Positions 33,698-34,794 of a stretch of 34,794 nucleotides of DNA are shown one piece after another; the stretch's first letter is position 1; the number at the start of each line of letters is the position of its first letter. A model generated the notes under the pieces. It saw nothing but the letters and a program-made list of their open reading frames with translations. It made no database searches and was not told the origin of the DNA. The position numbers and the translations under genes are program-made. This DNA comes from a virus (Duplodnaviria > Caudoviricetes), in IMG/VR virus record IMGVR_UViG_3300011339_000093, positions 1-34,794 of that record; one strand, written 5' to 3'.

Positions 33698-34455
33698 AGA
33701 CTGTAGACAAACCACCACTTTGCACGCTGGATGAAATTGCAGACTTCATTGGAGTTGGCCGCACAACCTTGCAACACCATTCGACTTGGGACAAGCAAAA
33801 CTTCCCAAAGCCAAAGCTAATAACCGGCAAAACAAAGTATTACGATGAAGCTAAAGTTATTGCTTGGTATACAAAAAGGCAAGAAAAGCATCGCAAGCAA
33901 GTTTTGGCCGAGCGAAAAAGCCGAATGCCAATTAACAATGCTGAAGACTTAATTGCTTTTCGTATTTTTGAAACCAGAACAAATCTAAAACTTACCCGTA
34001 AAAAACTGGGTGAGATGATTGGTGTGACTGAATATGCAATTGCTCATTGGGAAACATTTTCAGACATAAAGACAAGAACCCAGCCCAAACTTGAGAATTT
34101 CATAAAGCTGGCTGAAGTTACTGGTGCTGATTTAAATTATTTGATGGCCAAAGATAAACCGGAATTGCTGACCATGACTTATTCACAACTACCTGTCTGC
34201 CCCAAGGGCCTCTATGAGTTTGCCTGCTCAGTAGAAGACGTTGATCTGGTCTGCTTCCTAGAATACAGCCCAGAAGAGAAAGGCTACAGAGACTCTTATG
34301 GCGCGCCCTATGAGCCTGATATTGAAGAGTGCATGACCCTCAATAACGCATACATCGCTGGCACTGATGTGGACATTGCCCACATGATTTTGCAGTCCAT
34401 GGTGGACCACATTGAAGTGTCTGCGCTGGAGAAGTTTAAGGATAACGCACCATGA
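33694..34455 (+). CDS. AlpA/Xis-like HTH + XRE HTH + acidic domain fusion protein
   Basis: LDEIADFIGVGRTTL...FPKP (AlpA-like); LTRKKLGEMIGVTEYAIAHWE...LAEVTGADLNYL (XRE); acidic C-terminal ~90 aa. Confidence 0.7.
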   Translation: MKTVDKPPLCTLDEIADFIGVGRTTLQHHSTWDKQNFPKPKLITGKTKYYDEAKVIAWYTKRQEKHRKQVLAERKSRMPINNAEDLIAFRIFETRTNLKLTRKKLGEMIGVTEYAIAHWETFSDIKTRTQPKLENFIKLAEVTGADLNYLMAKDKPELLTMTYSQLPVCPKGLYEFACSVEDVDLVCFLEYSPEEKGYRDSYGAPYEPDIEECMTLNNAYIAGTDVDIAHMILQSMVDHIEVSALEKFKDNAP

Positions 34456-34794
34456 AGTTCGGCTCTGTTTGCTCTGGCATTGAGGCGGCCTCTGTGGCGT
34501 GGCATCCACTTGGATGGACAGCTGCATGGCTTTCTGAGATTGAGCCGTTTCCATGTGCCGTTTTGAAGCACCATTACCCTGATGTCCCCAACCACGGGGA
34601 CATGACACTATTGCCAGAGAAGATTCTGTCTGGCCAAGTTGAAGCCCCAGACTTGTTCTGCGGTGGTACACCCTGCCAAGCCTTCTCTGTGGCTGGTCTT
34701 CGTAATTCTCTGGATGATGCCAGAGGCAATCTTTCACTCACATTTGTAGGTATCGCCAATGCAATTGACCATGTTCGATCTGTTCGAGGAGATG
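34452..34794 (+). CDS. DNA cytosine-5 methyltransferase (truncated by window end)
   Basis: Not in ORF track. MKFGSVCSGIEA (motif I variant), SEIE, GDMT, GGTPCQAFSVAG (catalytic PC), D.RGNL. Confidence 0.9.
   Translation, partial: MKFGSVCSGIEAASVAWHPLGWTAAWLSEIEPFPCAVLKHHYPDVPNHGDMTLLPEKILSGQVEAPDLFCGGTPCQAFSVAGLRNSLDDARGNLSLTFVGIANAIDHVRSVRGD

Noticed and set aside
1-34794. tRNA genes, integrase/attP, alternative genetic code
   Set aside because: No cloverleaf or recombinase motifs found by eye; genes tile densely under the standard code.

Overview
Most of the genome of a P22/Sf6-type short-tailed dsDNA phage; a freshwater betaproteobacterial host is plausible but cannot be shown from sequence alone. 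The minus strand carries, from right to left, an SNF2 helicase, a DUF2800-like nuclease, a primase-helicase, a VRR-NUC nuclease, TerS, small ORFs, TerL, small basic proteins, a glycosyltransferase and methyltransferase, portal, scaffold, major capsid, a second glycosyltransferase, adaptor and tail proteins, a tail fibre with an S74 chaperone, an expanded lysis cassette (HNH insertion, Rz/embedded Rz1, GH19 endolysin), a gp10-like hub and ejection proteins. The plus strand at the right end carries an SSB, early genes and a truncated C5 DNA methyltransferase. The most interesting signals are non-coding: (i) a 28-bp XerCD dif-like site abutting five DnaA boxes; (ii) a second DnaA-box, hairpin and iteron cluster just downstream of the primase-helicase; (iii) a probable antisense RNA over the primase ribosome-binding site; (iv) a 16-bp operator-like motif in four copies at putative promoters. 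With no integrase or DNA polymerase in the window, these suggest a tailed phage that is maintained plasmid-like, or integrates, using host DnaA and XerCD. Glycosyltransferases inside the head operon suggest virion glycosylation. All family assignments come from motif recognition by eye, not database searches.
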